64,000 bases of DNA from Alphaproteobacteria bacterium. Lineage in GTDB: Bacteria > Pseudomonadota > Alphaproteobacteria > SP197. Positions 28,845-39,278 of the stretch are shown here, piece after piece. The notes under the pieces were generated by a model, which was given only the letters and a program-made list of their open reading frames with translations, had not been told where the DNA came from and searched no databases. The stretch spans positions 628,172 to 692,171 of the forward strand of contig CBDCRU010000002.1 in NCBI GenBank assembly GCA_965221115.1. Direction: 5' to 3'. Every line of letters begins with the position of its first letter. Position 1 is the first letter of the stretch. The position numbers and the translations under genes were made by a program.

Positions 28845-30008
28845 ATGACAGAGGCTCTCAAAGCCGTTCACGAAATCCAGGACGACCTTCCCGGGCCACG
28901 CGCCGAACTGGCCGGAGGCGCGGCTGTCAGGCTCGAGTCCGGTGAAAGACTGGGGCCGGTGCGCGTCGCCTACCAGACATGGGGAACGCTGAACGACGCC
29001 AGGGACAACACCGTGCTGATCTGCCACGCCCTGACGGGCGATCAGTATGTCTTTGGCACCCATCCCGTCACCGGAAAGAACGGCTGGTGGGAATCGATGG
29101 TGGGACCCGGCAAGCCGATCGACACGGACCGTTACTATGTCGTCTGCCCGAACTGCCTGGGCGGATGCATGGGAACGACGGGACCGGCGGCCGTCAATCC
29201 CGCGACGGGTGAACTCTACGGCACGTCGTTTCCGATCATCACCATCGGCGACATGGTTCACGTGCAGGCGATGCTTCTCGATCACCTCGGCATCGAGAAG
29301 GTCATGTGCGTGATCGGCGGTTCGATGGGCGCCATGCAGGTTCTCGACTGGGCTTCCCGCTATCCCGACCGGGTTGTCAGTGCCGTGCCGATCGCCGGCG
29401 CCGCCCGTCATTCGGCGCAGAACATCGCATTCCACGAAGTCGGCCGTCAGGCCATCATGGCCGATCCCAACTGGTGCGGCGGCTTCTACTATCGTGAAGG
29501 AAAGCGTCCGGAGAAGGGCCTCTCCGTGGCGAGGATGGCGGCCCACATCACCTATCTCTCGGAGCCGGCGCTGTGGCGCAAGTTCGGCCGGGAACTGCAG
29601 AACCGCTACATGAAGTCCTATGAGGGGTTCGGAGCCGATTTCCAGGTCGAGAGCTATCTGCGCCACCAGGGCGCCAGCTTTGTCGAGCGCTTCGACGCCA
29701 ATGCCTATCTCTACATCACCCGCGCCATGGACTACTTCGATCTCGAGGCCGATCACGGCGGGGACCTCGCGAAGGCATGGCAGGCGACAAAGGCGCGCTT
29801 CCTGCTGACGAGCTTCACCAGTGACTGGCTGTTTCCGACCTCTGAGAGCAAGGAGGTGGTGCACGCCCTCATCCGCGCCGGAGTCAACGTGAGTTTCGTC
29901 GAGATCGAAAGCGACAAGGGTCACGATGCCTTCCTGCTCGATGAACCGGATCTCTTCGAGACCACACACGGGTTCCTCGACAGTGTTGCGCGCAGCCTGG
30001 GATTCTAG
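28845..30008 (+). CDS. metX: Homoserine O-acetyltransferase
   Basis: alpha/beta hydrolase with [13 protein letters not shown] and the conserved MetX regions. Confidence 0.9.
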   Translation: MTEALKAVHEIQDDLPGPRAELAGGAAVRLESGERLGPVRVAYQTWGTLNDARDNTVLICHALTGDQYVFGTHPVTGKNGWWESMVGPGKPIDTDRYYVVCPNCLGGCMGTTGPAAVNPATGELYGTSFPIITIGDMVHVQAMLLDHLGIEKVMCVIGGSMGAMQVLDWASRYPDRVVSAVPIAGAARHSAQNIAFHEVGRQAIMADPNWCGGFYYREGKRPEKGLSVARMAAHITYLSEPALWRKFGRELQNRYMKSYEGFGADFQVESYLRHQGASFVERFDANAYLYITRAMDYFDLEADHGGDLAKAWQATKARFLLTSFTSDWLFPTSESKEVVHALIRAGVNVSFVEIESDKGHDAFLLDEPDLFETTHGFLDSVARSLGF

Positions 30009-30011
30009 GTC

Positions 30012-30689
30012 ATGAGCCTGCTCATGGGGGCCCGGGACCGTTTCATCCTCGGCGACAACCGTTTTGGCCTGAGGCCCGACCTTGCCCTCGTTGCCAGCAT
30101 GATCGAGCCCGAGTCGCGCCTGCTGGACGTGGGTTGCGGCGATGGCGCCCTGCTGGACTATCTCGTCCGTCAACTGTCTTGTGACGGTCGTGGCGTGGAG
30201 ATCTCCCAGGCCGGGGTCAATGCCTGCGTCGCCCGCGGCCTGCCGGCCGTGCAGGGTGATGCCGACCGGCATCTCGCGGACTATCCCGATGACAGTTTCG
30301 ACTGCGTCATCCTGAGCCAGACCCTGCAGGCGGTATCGAGGCCCAGGGAGGTGTTGCGCCAGATGATGCGCATCGCCGACACCGCCATCGTGTCGATCCT
30401 CAACTACGGACACATCAGTGCCCGCGTGTCGCTGGTGACAAGGGGCCGCATGCCGCATACCCGAATGCTGAGCGAGCCCTGGTTCGAGAGCGGTGCCATC
30501 CGGCCCTGCACGGTGCGCGACTTCATGGACCTGGTGCGAATCGAGAAACTGGTGACCGGCACCTGCTATGGCATCGCGAAGGAACGGGAGGTCACCGTGA
30601 TCCGCCCGGGTTTCGAGGGCCAGGCGAACCTCTTCGCCGAACAGGCCGTGTTCGAAGTGCTGCGTCCCGCAAGGCGCCGGTCACGCTGA
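30012..30689 (+). CDS. metW: Methionine biosynthesis protein MetW
   Basis: Immediately downstream of metX; SAM-MTase-like LLDVGCGDGALLDYL. Confidence 0.9.
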   Translation: MSLLMGARDRFILGDNRFGLRPDLALVASMIEPESRLLDVGCGDGALLDYLVRQLSCDGRGVEISQAGVNACVARGLPAVQGDADRHLADYPDDSFDCVILSQTLQAVSRPREVLRQMMRIADTAIVSILNYGHISARVSLVTRGRMPHTRMLSEPWFESGAIRPCTVRDFMDLVRIEKLVTGTCYGIAKEREVTVIRPGFEGQANLFAEQAVFEVLRPARRRSR

Positions 30690-30697
30690 CATCCGCG

Positions 30698-31423
30698 TCA
30701 GGCGGGACGCGGGCGGTATGGTCTGGCGACAAGACGCCCGAGACCGTAACGCCGTTGTGCCGGAATGGCGCCGTGGACCTGCTTGACAGCCTCGACGACG
30801 AGAACGCCGGGTCCGGGAAGGCCCCAGCGGCGCCCGATCCGTTCCCAGGCCGGCGCCGACCACAGGGAAAGACCGCGGTCACTTGGCGGAACATAGATGG
30901 CCCGCTCGGTCACGAGTGGCGTGAACATGCAGTCCTTCAGCAGACGATCGATCTGCCGTTCGTTGAAGGGATAGCCGTGACCGAACGGCGTGTGATCGGC
31001 CTTTGACCACAATCCGCGGCGGTGGGCGACGATGACGACGAGACGGCCCGACGGGGCGAGGATGCGCCACAGTTCACGCATGGTGGCGGTACGGGCCTCG
31101 CAATGTTCCAGGGCGTGGACCGCGAGAATGCGATCGACGGAGTGGTCGGGCAGGGGCAGGGCATCCTCGTCGGTGAGGCAGACTCTCGCCTTTCCCTCGC
31201 CGGGCCAGCGGATCACGCCCTGCATGGCCGGGGCAAAGGCGAGCACTCTCTCGGCCTCGCTGGCAAAGATGTCGAGGAAGGGGGTGGCATAGCCCAGACC
31301 CATGACACGCATGCCGGTGACGTCGGGCCAGCGGTTCCGGATGCGGGTCAGCATCAGGCGCCGCGTGACCTGTCCCAGCCGGCTGCGATAGAAGGAGTTG
31401 AGATCGGCGACGTCCTGGTACAT
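30698..31423 (-). CDS. Class I SAM-dependent methyltransferase
   Basis: VMGLGYATPFLD...DRILAVHALEH methyltransferase-type motifs; ATG near 31423 preferred over TTG 31462 (±1 nt uncertainty). Confidence 0.6.
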   Translation of the reverse strand: MYQDVADLNSFYRSRLGQVTRRLMLTRIRNRWPDVTGMRVMGLGYATPFLDIFASEAERVLAFAPAMQGVIRWPGEGKARVCLTDEDALPLPDHSVDRILAVHALEHCEARTATMRELWRILAPSGRLVVIVAHRRGLWSKADHTPFGHGYPFNERQIDRLLKDCMFTPLVTERAIYVPPSDRGLSLWSAPAWERIGRRWGLPGPGVLVVEAVKQVHGAIPAQRRYGLGRLVARPYRPRPA

Positions 31424-31530
31424 GGCTCTTCGGTAACGAATGACGCGCCAACCATAGCCCAAACCGGCGCCTTCTGCCGGTGGAGGCCATCCGCTGACTG
31501 GACTATTCTTGGCCGTCCGGGAGAGAGACC

Positions 31531-32115
31531 ATGAAACTCTATTTCAGTCCGACATCGCCCTTTGTCAGGAAAGTCATGGTGGCGGCCCACGAACGGGGTA
31601 TCGCCGATGACATCGAGTGCGTGAGCGATCTCGATGATCTCCATGCGAGGAATCCCCTGGCAAAGGTGCCCACGCTCGTGACCGCTGACGGCCAGGTGCT
31701 CTATGACAGTCTTGTCATCGTTTCCTGTCTCGACGCCCGGGGTTCGGGACCGGACCTGATACCGGACGAAGCGCCGCTGCGTGACAAGGTCCTTTGCCGC
31801 CATGCGCTGGCGGACGGAATCATGGAAGCGGCGGTCGCCAGCGTCATGGAAACCCGCCGCCCGGCGGAGAAGCAGTGGCAGGGGTTTCTTGATCACCAGC
31901 GGGGCAAGATCGAGCGCGGCATCGCAACTCTCGCGGGCGTTGACCCGGGCTCCGTGGTCGACATCGCGACGATCTCTGCCGCTGCGGCCCTGGGTTACGT
32001 CACGTTCCGCCTTCCGGCGATCGACTGGAGGAGCGCTCACCCGGACCTGGCGCTCTGGTACGACACCTTCGCCGAGCGCCCGTCCATGACGGCGACAGCC
32101 CCGCACAATCCGTGA
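31531..32115 (+). CDS. Glutathione S-transferase-like protein
   Basis: MKLYFSPTSPFVRKVMVAAHERGI...KVPTLV GST N-terminal-domain pattern. Confidence 0.8.
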   Translation: MKLYFSPTSPFVRKVMVAAHERGIADDIECVSDLDDLHARNPLAKVPTLVTADGQVLYDSLVIVSCLDARGSGPDLIPDEAPLRDKVLCRHALADGIMEAAVASVMETRRPAEKQWQGFLDHQRGKIERGIATLAGVDPGSVVDIATISAAAALGYVTFRLPAIDWRSAHPDLALWYDTFAERPSMTATAPHNP

Positions 32116-32777
32116 CCTATGATCGCCTCTGCCAGGCGCTGGCGATCCATGGCCTGATCCCCCGCGGCGGCTTTCGTCCCCGCGAGGACGACGGTCTTGG
32201 TCCGGATGCGGGCAGCGTCCTCCTCGTGGGGAATGCCGGCGCCACGATGTGGGAGGCCTTCAGCGCCGCCCGTGGTGGCGAGAAGGATCCCATGAATGCG
32301 TGGAGCCGCCGCGTCATCGGCGCTATCGCCGAAGCCTTCGGCGCCCGGGCGCTCTATCCCTTCGACGGCCCCCCCTGGTGGCCGTTCCAGCGTTGGGCGC
32401 AGCGCGCCGAAGCGGTCTTTCCGTCACCGGTCGGCATGCTGATCCACCCTGACCATGGTCTCTGGCACGCCTACCGCGGCGCTCTCGTCTTTTCAGAGCC
32501 GGTTGCGGACCTGCCTTCGAGGGAAGAGGCCGCGAGCCCCTGCGATACCTGCCAGGAGAAGCCCTGCCTCGATGCCTGTCCGGTCGGCGCCTTCACGGAT
32601 ACCGGCTACGACGTGCCGGCCTGTGACGCTCATCTGGCTTCGCCGGCCGGATCCGACTGCATGTCGCTGGGTTGCCGGGCCCGGCGCGCCTGCCCGGTCG
32701 GCCAGATGAGCGCCTATGTCCCGGACCAGGCGCTCTTCCACATGGATGCCTTCCTCAAGTCAAGACCGCGTCCCTGA
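32112..32777 (+). CDS. Iron-sulfur (ferredoxin-like) domain protein
   Basis: CDTCQEKPCLDACPVG 4Fe-4S-type cysteine motif plus additional Cys. Confidence 0.55.
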   Translation: MTYDRLCQALAIHGLIPRGGFRPREDDGLGPDAGSVLLVGNAGATMWEAFSAARGGEKDPMNAWSRRVIGAIAEAFGARALYPFDGPPWWPFQRWAQRAEAVFPSPVGMLIHPDHGLWHAYRGALVFSEPVADLPSREEAASPCDTCQEKPCLDACPVGAFTDTGYDVPACDAHLASPAGSDCMSLGCRARRACPVGQMSAYVPDQALFHMDAFLKSRPRP

Positions 32778-32949
32778 ACGCTCGCGTCACCCCGGCCCGA
32801 CACCAGGACAGCGGAAGACGACAGCGCGCTCGACCGTCTCAAGGTTGACATGACGGTCCGCCGCGAGTGCCCTTCCTGCCCAATTCTGCATGGGCAGCCG
32901 GAACGGCATGCCGGAGAAGGGTTGGGGAAAGCAAACGCTGGATCGGGGC

Positions 32950-33040
32950 TGGCGGAGAGGAAGGGATTCGAACCCTCGATGGGATTTTGGCCCATACTCC
33001 CTTAGCAGGGGAGCGCCTTCGACCACTCGGCCACCTCTCC
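32950..33040 (-). tRNA. tRNA-Ser (anticodon GCU), 91 nt with long variable arm and encoded CCA
   Basis: Reverse complement reads GGAGAGGTGGCCGAGTGGTCGAAGGCGCTCCCCTGCTAAGGGAG...GGTTCGAATCCCTTCCTCTCCGCCA; anticodon loop CUGCUAA. Confidence 0.85.
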
Positions 33041-33059
33041 GTTGATGGTTCTAGTGGCT

Positions 33060-34208
33060 TCATTGGGGAGCGTCAATGCGGCGCCTCGCGTGGCCGTCGT
33101 CGATGGTCTGATCGATAATCCAGTTGTTCAGGCGATGGACCGCCTGCTCGCGCGCCGAGAGGCGGCCTGGCCGGTGGAAGGGAGACGAGATTCCGGCCTG
33201 CTGGGCCTCACAGATGGCATTGTCCTCGTCGATGCCGGTGTCCCAGCGATGGAAGTAGGCCTTCGATCCTTCAGCGAAGTCATCCCGGCGCGTGGTGGAT
33301 TCCGGGAAACACTGGCCGACCTCGAGATGTGTCAGGCCGGGCGTGATCGGAAGGTAGTGAAGCCACCACATGCTGTCCTGGGCACAGGCGAACTGGGTGT
33401 TCGGGTGAAGCGTCGTGAAGAAGGTGCCGGCCCGCGCCTCCTCCGACAGGGAGGATGCGGGAGGAAAAGGAACCGGTTGCCCGGGCAGCACGGCGACCGA
33501 AGCTTCGCCGAGGACCTGGATGGCGTCCCAGTGACCGCGGGTAGCGAGGTCCCGGGAGGCCTGGGCGCCCAGCGAATCGCCGTGAACGGTTCCGGTGTGA
33601 TAGGCCTCCATGGCGTTTTCGGCGATGAGTTTCCAGTTGGCCCGGACCGTGTAGTGGCGCCGGCGCACCACGCGGAATGTCGCAAAATCGTGGCTTGCGA
33701 GGCGTTGGGTCATGTCGCCGGTCCAGGTCCGGAAGCCCGCCGTGTGTCGCGAGAAGCAGACAAAGACAAACCCGGCCCAGGCCGCGACGCGGATCCGACG
33801 GAGTCCGTAGTCTGCGTGATCGATCGCCATCCCCGGTGCCGATTCCAGCGAGCCGTCGAGACGGTAGCGCCAGCCGTGCAGTGGACAGACCAGTCGCGAT
33901 GCGATGCCACAATCCGACGCCAAAGGCGCGCCGCGGTGACGGCAGGTGTTGGCAAACGCACGAAGAGTGCTGTCGTGGACCAGCAGGACCGGCCCGCCGA
34001 CTGTCTGAACGGCGCGGTAGCCTCCCCGTGGGATCTCCTCGAGACGCCCTGCGAACTGCCAGGCGCTCGAGAAGATGCGTTCACGTTCGCGGCGCAGGAA
34101 GGCGTGCGACACATAGCACCAGCCGGGAAGCGTCGAGGCCTTTCCAGTCGGTCGGCGCACGTCCCTGTAGTGACGCGGATGAAAGAGGTCGTTAAGCATC
34201 CCTGCCAT
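33060..34208 (-). CDS. Rieske [2Fe-2S] non-heme-iron oxygenase alpha subunit
   Basis: CRHRGAPL...CPLHGWRY Rieske motif; iron motif EAYHTGTVHGD. Confidence 0.85.
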   Translation of the reverse strand: MAGMLNDLFHPRHYRDVRRPTGKASTLPGWCYVSHAFLRRERERIFSSAWQFAGRLEEIPRGGYRAVQTVGGPVLLVHDSTLRAFANTCRHRGAPLASDCGIASRLVCPLHGWRYRLDGSLESAPGMAIDHADYGLRRIRVAAWAGFVFVCFSRHTAGFRTWTGDMTQRLASHDFATFRVVRRRHYTVRANWKLIAENAMEAYHTGTVHGDSLGAQASRDLATRGHWDAIQVLGEASVAVLPGQPVPFPPASSLSEEARAGTFFTTLHPNTQFACAQDSMWWLHYLPITPGLTHLEVGQCFPESTTRRDDFAEGSKAYFHRWDTGIDEDNAICEAQQAGISSPFHRPGRLSAREQAVHRLNNWIIDQTIDDGHARRRIDAPQ

Positions 34209-34496
34209 GATAGAGCAGTCTGGCTGCCTTATGACCGGTCGGCGTGGCCCGGCAGGATCAGCTTCCCACGTTGCTGAATCTCTCGCACCACACGATCAAG
34301 TTTCTTCCTGAAGGGTCTCCCCATCCATAGTCGAGCTTTTCCAGGAGAGTCTCGTGATCGTGAACCTGATAAGCTCAGTCGAAACCGGCAAGATGAGGCC
34401 CGTCGTGGCGAGGACCTGCCCACCGTGTGACATCATCGGGGTGCACAGGAATCTGGACTTCGGAAAGTTCGTGCTCCATCCACAGCTGATCGCCCC

Positions 34497-35621
34497 GTGA
34501 AGATCTCGCGCATTGAGCTTTACCAGGTCGATCTGCCCTATTCGGGTGGCGTCTATCTGCTGTCGGGTGGCCGGGAGTATCGAAGTTTCGATGCCTCGAT
34601 CGTTCGCGTGGTGACCGACGACGGTACGGAAGGATGGGGCGAGAGCACGCCCTTCGGTTCCACCTACATCGCCGCCCATGCGCTCGGCGTGCGCGCCGGG
34701 ATAAGCGAGATCGCGCCTCACATGCTTGGCCTCGATCCGCGCCAGGTGGACCGCATCAACGATGCCATGGACCGGGCTCTTTCCGGACACAACCATGCCA
34801 AGGCGGCCCTGGACATTGCCTGCTGGGACATTTTCGGGAAGTCGGTGCACCTGCCGGTCTGTGAGCTGATGGGAGGCAGCACCAACCTGAGGATGCCCAT
34901 CATCTCTTCGATCTACGCCGGGGACCCGGATGCGATGCGGGCGCGGGTCGCGGATCATCGCGCGAGGGGTTACCGGGGACACTCCATAAAGATTGGCGCA
35001 CTCGACAGTGAGGGCGGGCCTGCCCTGGATGCCGAGCGTATCAGGGCCTCGCTCGCCGATCGGTGCCCCGGCGAGTACTTCATCGTCGACGCGAATGGCG
35101 GATTGCTCCCCGAAACCGCGCTTCGGATGCTTCGGTTGTTGCCGCAGGATCTGGATTTCGTGCTCGAGGCACCCTGCGCGACATGGCGCGAGACGCTCAG
35201 CCTGCGCCAGAGATGCGGCGTGCCGATCATTCTGGATGAACTCGCACAGCAGGACGAGGACATCACGCAATTGATCGCGCTCGACGCGGCAGACGGTGTC
35301 GGCCTCAAGATCTCGAAAGCCGGTGGTCTCACGGCCGGCCGCCGACACCGGGACATCTGTCTGGCGGCGGGCCTGACGATCAGCGTCCAGGATACCGTAG
35401 GCTCGGCAATCGCCTTCGCCGGCATCGTGCACCTGGGCCAGACCGTGCCGGAGCGGGCCTTGCGCTGTGTTCTCGACTGCCGTGACATGGCGGCGCTGGA
35501 GACAGCAACAATTCACGCCCCGATCAAGGACGGTGGTGTCATGGCTCCGGATGCTCCCGGACTGGGAGTGACCGTGAATCGGGATGTTCTGGGACCACCT
35601 GTTGGCGTCTACGAAGCGTAA
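34497..35621 (+). CDS. Mandelate racemase / muconate lactonizing enzyme (enolase superfamily) protein; possibly a betaine/proline-derivative epimerase
   Basis: KISRIELYQVDLPY capping domain, metal-ligand pattern IVDANGGL...DE..., GTG start. Confidence 0.8.
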   Translation: MKISRIELYQVDLPYSGGVYLLSGGREYRSFDASIVRVVTDDGTEGWGESTPFGSTYIAAHALGVRAGISEIAPHMLGLDPRQVDRINDAMDRALSGHNHAKAALDIACWDIFGKSVHLPVCELMGGSTNLRMPIISSIYAGDPDAMRARVADHRARGYRGHSIKIGALDSEGGPALDAERIRASLADRCPGEYFIVDANGGLLPETALRMLRLLPQDLDFVLEAPCATWRETLSLRQRCGVPIILDELAQQDEDITQLIALDAADGVGLKISKAGGLTAGRRHRDICLAAGLTISVQDTVGSAIAFAGIVHLGQTVPERALRCVLDCRDMAALETATIHAPIKDGGVMAPDAPGLGVTVNRDVLGPPVGVYEA

Positions 35622-35776
35622 GTCCACACATCGAGATACAAGAAACCGCGAGTGGCGGTGCAAGAGTTATGGTGGCATATGGACTTGATTGCAGGTCACG
35701 TTCGGGGGTGTACTGTTCACGGTCCCGAGGTGAGGGACGTGCACCTGGGACTGGAACCAAGCCTAGAGGAGGCAAC

Positions 35777-37381
35777 ATGACCACGTTGAATGAACTGAAG
35801 CGTGTGGCGCTTGATGGTCGCATCGACCGCCGCGAATTCATCCGGCAGGCGACCGCGCTCGGCATGACAGCTGCGGCGGCGGCCACGCTCGCCGACAGCG
35901 CCGCGCTGGCGGAAACGCCGCAGAGGGGCGGCACGTTCCGCATCGCGGTGGATGACGGCAACACCACCGACAGCCTGGATCCGGCGACCTATGAATCGAC
36001 CTTCCAGATTTTCCTGCCGAGGATGATTACCAACAACCTGACCGAGATCACGTCCGATAACGAATTGGGCCCCGATGCCGCCGAGAGCTGGGAAGCGACG
36101 CCGGACGCCAAGACCTGGATCTTCAAGCTGCACAAGGGGGTCGAGTTCCACAACGGCAAGAGCTTCACGGCCGACGACGCGGTTGCTTCGCTCAACCATC
36201 ACCGCGGCGAGAATTCGACCTCGGGCGGCACGGCATTGCTTTCGACCGTCACCGACATCAGGGCCGAGGACGCCCACACGGTGCGAATCGATCTCGAGAC
36301 CGGCAACGCCGACCTGCCCTTCATCATGACCGACTATCATTTCGTCATGTTTCCGTCCGACGGCGAGGGCAGCATCGACTGGAGCGGAGTCGGCCTGGGC
36401 GGCTATGTGCTGGAGGAGTTCGAACCAGGCATCGTGGCCTTGGGCTCGAGAAACCCCAACTACTACAAAGAGGGCAAGGCAAACTTCGATGCCGTCGAGA
36501 TCCATCAGGTGACCGATGTGATCGGGCGCGAGGCGGGTGTGCAGACCGGTCAGTTCGACGCCATGATCGAGGCCGACCCGAAAACTGCGGATCTCCTCGC
36601 ACAGAACGAGAACGTGATCGTCGAGGAGATCGCGACCGGCCAGCACGCCAGCATGCCGATGCACACCGACGTTGCGCCGTTCGACGATGTCAACGTCCGT
36701 CTGGCGCTGAAGTACGCCCTCGATCGCGAGGGCGCTCTGGACGTCGTGCTGCGCGGGCATGGCACGGTCGGCAACGATCATCCCATCCCTCCGACGATGC
36801 CCTATTTCGATCCCGCTATCGAGCAGCGGGTGTACGACCCTGACAGGGCAAAGTGGCATCTCCAGCAGGCCGGCATGGACAGCCTTGCCGTCGACTTTTC
36901 GACCTCGGAGGTGCCGTTCGTCGGTGGAGTCGATTTCTCGGTCTTCTACCAGGAGACGGCCAAGGCCGCGGGCATCGACGTCAACGTTATTCGCGAGGCG
37001 GAAGACGGCTACTGGTCGAACGTCTGGCTCGTCAAGCCTTTCTCCCTGTGCGGCTGGGGTCCGCGCCCGACGCCCGACATGATCTTCTCGCTGGGCTACT
37101 ACGGCCCCGCACCGTGGAACGACGCGCATTGGCAGAACGGGCGCTTCGATGAATTGTTGATCCAGGCCCGTGCCGAACTCGACGACGTTCGCCGCGCGGA
37201 AATGTACTCGGAGATGCAGCATCTCGTGCGCGATGACGGCGGCACGATCGTGCCGTTCTTCCGCAACTACATCTGGGCCACCGCGCTCAACGTGCGGCAC
37301 ACCGAGAGCGTGTCGGGCGAGTGGTCGCTCGACGGGAACCGCGCACCGGAACGCTGGTGGTTCGCCGAAGGCACCGTCTGA
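35777..37381 (+). CDS. ABC transporter substrate-binding protein, family 5 (Dpp/Opp-like) with Tat signal
   Basis: RREFIRQATALGMTAAAAATLA twin-arginine signal; gaggagg RBS; orphan (no permease adjacent). Confidence 0.8.
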   Translation: MTTLNELKRVALDGRIDRREFIRQATALGMTAAAAATLADSAALAETPQRGGTFRIAVDDGNTTDSLDPATYESTFQIFLPRMITNNLTEITSDNELGPDAAESWEATPDAKTWIFKLHKGVEFHNGKSFTADDAVASLNHHRGENSTSGGTALLSTVTDIRAEDAHTVRIDLETGNADLPFIMTDYHFVMFPSDGEGSIDWSGVGLGGYVLEEFEPGIVALGSRNPNYYKEGKANFDAVEIHQVTDVIGREAGVQTGQFDAMIEADPKTADLLAQNENVIVEEIATGQHASMPMHTDVAPFDDVNVRLALKYALDREGALDVVLRGHGTVGNDHPIPPTMPYFDPAIEQRVYDPDRAKWHLQQAGMDSLAVDFSTSEVPFVGGVDFSVFYQETAKAAGIDVNVIREAEDGYWSNVWLVKPFSLCGWGPRPTPDMIFSLGYYGPAPWNDAHWQNGRFDELLIQARAELDDVRRAEMYSEMQHLVRDDGGTIVPFFRNYIWATALNVRHTESVSGEWSLDGNRAPERWWFAEGTV

Positions 37382-37403
37382 TCGTTCCAGGTACACGATT
37401 GAA

Positions 37404-37435
37404 GGGCCCGGCGTTCGCCGGGCCCTTGTCGTTTG
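37404..37435 (+). terminator. Intrinsic terminator (GC hairpin plus T-tract)
   Basis: gggcccggc-gttc-gccgggccc followed by ttgtcgtttg, directly after the SBP gene. Confidence 0.5.
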
Positions 37436-37521
37436 CGCCTGAAGCCCAGGGGCTGTCTCTTTCCACGCCGGAAGGCGGGGTTCTCTCGGGGTATCGCCGG
37501 CCCGGTGTGGATGCGTTGTGC

Positions 37522-37839
37522 CTACGTCCAGTCGATCTGCACGATCCCGTCGACAACGCGGCAGGCGTAGACCCTGATGGGCCGCGTCGCCGGACGGCCG
37601 GTGGCCTCTCCGGTGCGGATGTCGAAACACCCCTGGTGCAGCGGGCATTCAATGCGGAAACCGTCGAGATAGCCGTCGCACAGATCTGCGCCGCCATGGC
37701 TGCAGCGAGCTGACGTAACGTGGATTCCGCCCGGTGTGTCGTAGACGGCCAGGCGTCGACCCTCGAGAAGCGCGGGCGTCACGTCACCGCGATCGAGACG
37801 GGCGACGGCGATCAGATCGCGCCAGCGATCATCGTCCAT
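37522..37839 (-). CDS. Rieske-type [2Fe-2S] ferredoxin
   Basis: CSHGGADLCDGY...CPLHQGCFD; ATG 37839 chosen. Confidence 0.75.
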   Translation of the reverse strand: MDDDRWRDLIAVARLDRGDVTPALLEGRRLAVYDTPGGIHVTSARCSHGGADLCDGYLDGFRIECPLHQGCFDIRTGEATGRPATRPIRVYACRVVDGIVQIDWT

Positions 37840-38803
37840 CGGTGCCCACGAGGTCGCCGAGGCGCTCGGATCGTCCTGTAATCTGGCCAAGGATGCCGCG
37901 GTGGACGCCAAGATAGCTGCCGGCTTCGACGTGCAGGTGCCCTTTCAGCTTCTCGTGAAGCGCGGGCAGGGCATGGAACGGAACTGACGGAGCGAAGTGG
38001 TGCTCCGCATGAAACGGCATGTTCCATGCCAGGAAGCGCCAGGGCCAGGACACCACAGTGGTGCGCGTGTTGGTCGTCATGTCGCGAACATTGGGTCGGC
38101 CGACGTGTTCCGTCATGCGGATGAGGCGCATGACGGGTTCACCCAGGAAAACCGGCAGCCACCAGAACCAGAGAGGTTCCCACCAGTCGAAGACGACGAC
38201 AGCCGCGGCGACCGCGAGATAAAGAGCCAGGAACACGCGCGCTTCGACGACGACCGCTCTTCGCTCCTCCGGTGGAACGAAGCGCTTCTCGGCTGCGCTC
38301 AGGCGCCCCCATGCGTGGTTGAGAAGGCCACCCAACATGCCGCGCCAGTACGGTAGGGACGACAGGTAGGCAAGGTGCCCCCACACGGAACCGGACAGGG
38401 GGATCAACTCGGGGTCGCGACCCACGATCTGGGTGTATGTGTGGTGATCGCAATGTTCGTAACGGAAGAAGTTCGGCGGGACGCAAATCCAGAAACCGCA
38501 CCACGCCCCGACCCACTCATTGATCCGTCGCGTGCGGAACGCGGTGAAGTGCGTGCACTCGTGCTGCAGCGAGAAATGATGAACCAGGACCACACCGTGG
38601 ACGAACATCGCGGGAACGAGCCACCAGGTGCCGAGTGCCGTCCACACCAGCAGGGCCGTGGAGGCCAGCACGCCGTACCATAGCGGCAAGCGGATCAGGG
38701 CCGGGAGATCGGAGCGCCGCATCAGGGACTTCAGTTCCCGTCGCCGGAGCGGCACCGCGCCGTGAAACGCCTGGGTCTGGGGAGTGAGAACGTCTTCGCC
38801 CAT
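37829..38803 (-). CDS. Fatty-acid desaturase family membrane di-iron oxygenase
   Basis: Three His boxes HECTH, HCDHH, HAEHH with multiple TM segments; 11-nt overlap with the downstream Rieske ferredoxin gene. Confidence 0.8.
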   Translation of the reverse strand: MGEDVLTPQTQAFHGAVPLRRRELKSLMRRSDLPALIRLPLWYGVLASTALLVWTALGTWWLVPAMFVHGVVLVHHFSLQHECTHFTAFRTRRINEWVGAWCGFWICVPPNFFRYEHCDHHTYTQIVGRDPELIPLSGSVWGHLAYLSSLPYWRGMLGGLLNHAWGRLSAAEKRFVPPEERRAVVVEARVFLALYLAVAAAVVVFDWWEPLWFWWLPVFLGEPVMRLIRMTEHVGRPNVRDMTTNTRTTVVSWPWRFLAWNMPFHAEHHFAPSVPFHALPALHEKLKGHLHVEAGSYLGVHRGILGQITGRSERLGDLVGTDGR

Positions 38804-39278
38804 GAACCCATCCTAGCGGCTTTCTCGCAACGGTCACCGCCTTCCTCGCGTAGCGTTCCATGGCTTGCCTCAGACGCCCGAACAACCCTTGTCTGGTCGA
38901 TCGTCGTGACTGGTCTCACCAGTCCTGACCCGCGCCTTGATGATCGTCCGGCCATGCTGCGGCGTGTCGCGAGTCTCGATCCGAATCGTGCATGCCTCAA
39001 GTCCGAACCAGGCCAACGTTGCGGTCGTCGCAACGTCGTGGAGGAGAACCGGAAATTCCCCCCCACATCCCGACCGGCGCCACCCCGGGCCTGCGCCGAT
39101 CTGTATATCGGTTGGTCTGGGTCCCAGGCTTGTCCGACGGGTGGCGCACGATGCTCGCGCGACGCGGATGGAGGAGGCCGTCCTGCATCCCTGTCATCGC
39201 GAAACTGTCTGACGGCTTTATCACCGGTCAGTGTAGGGCTACGCTTCATGGTTCCAGGGGGAAGAAGCGGCTCATTCC

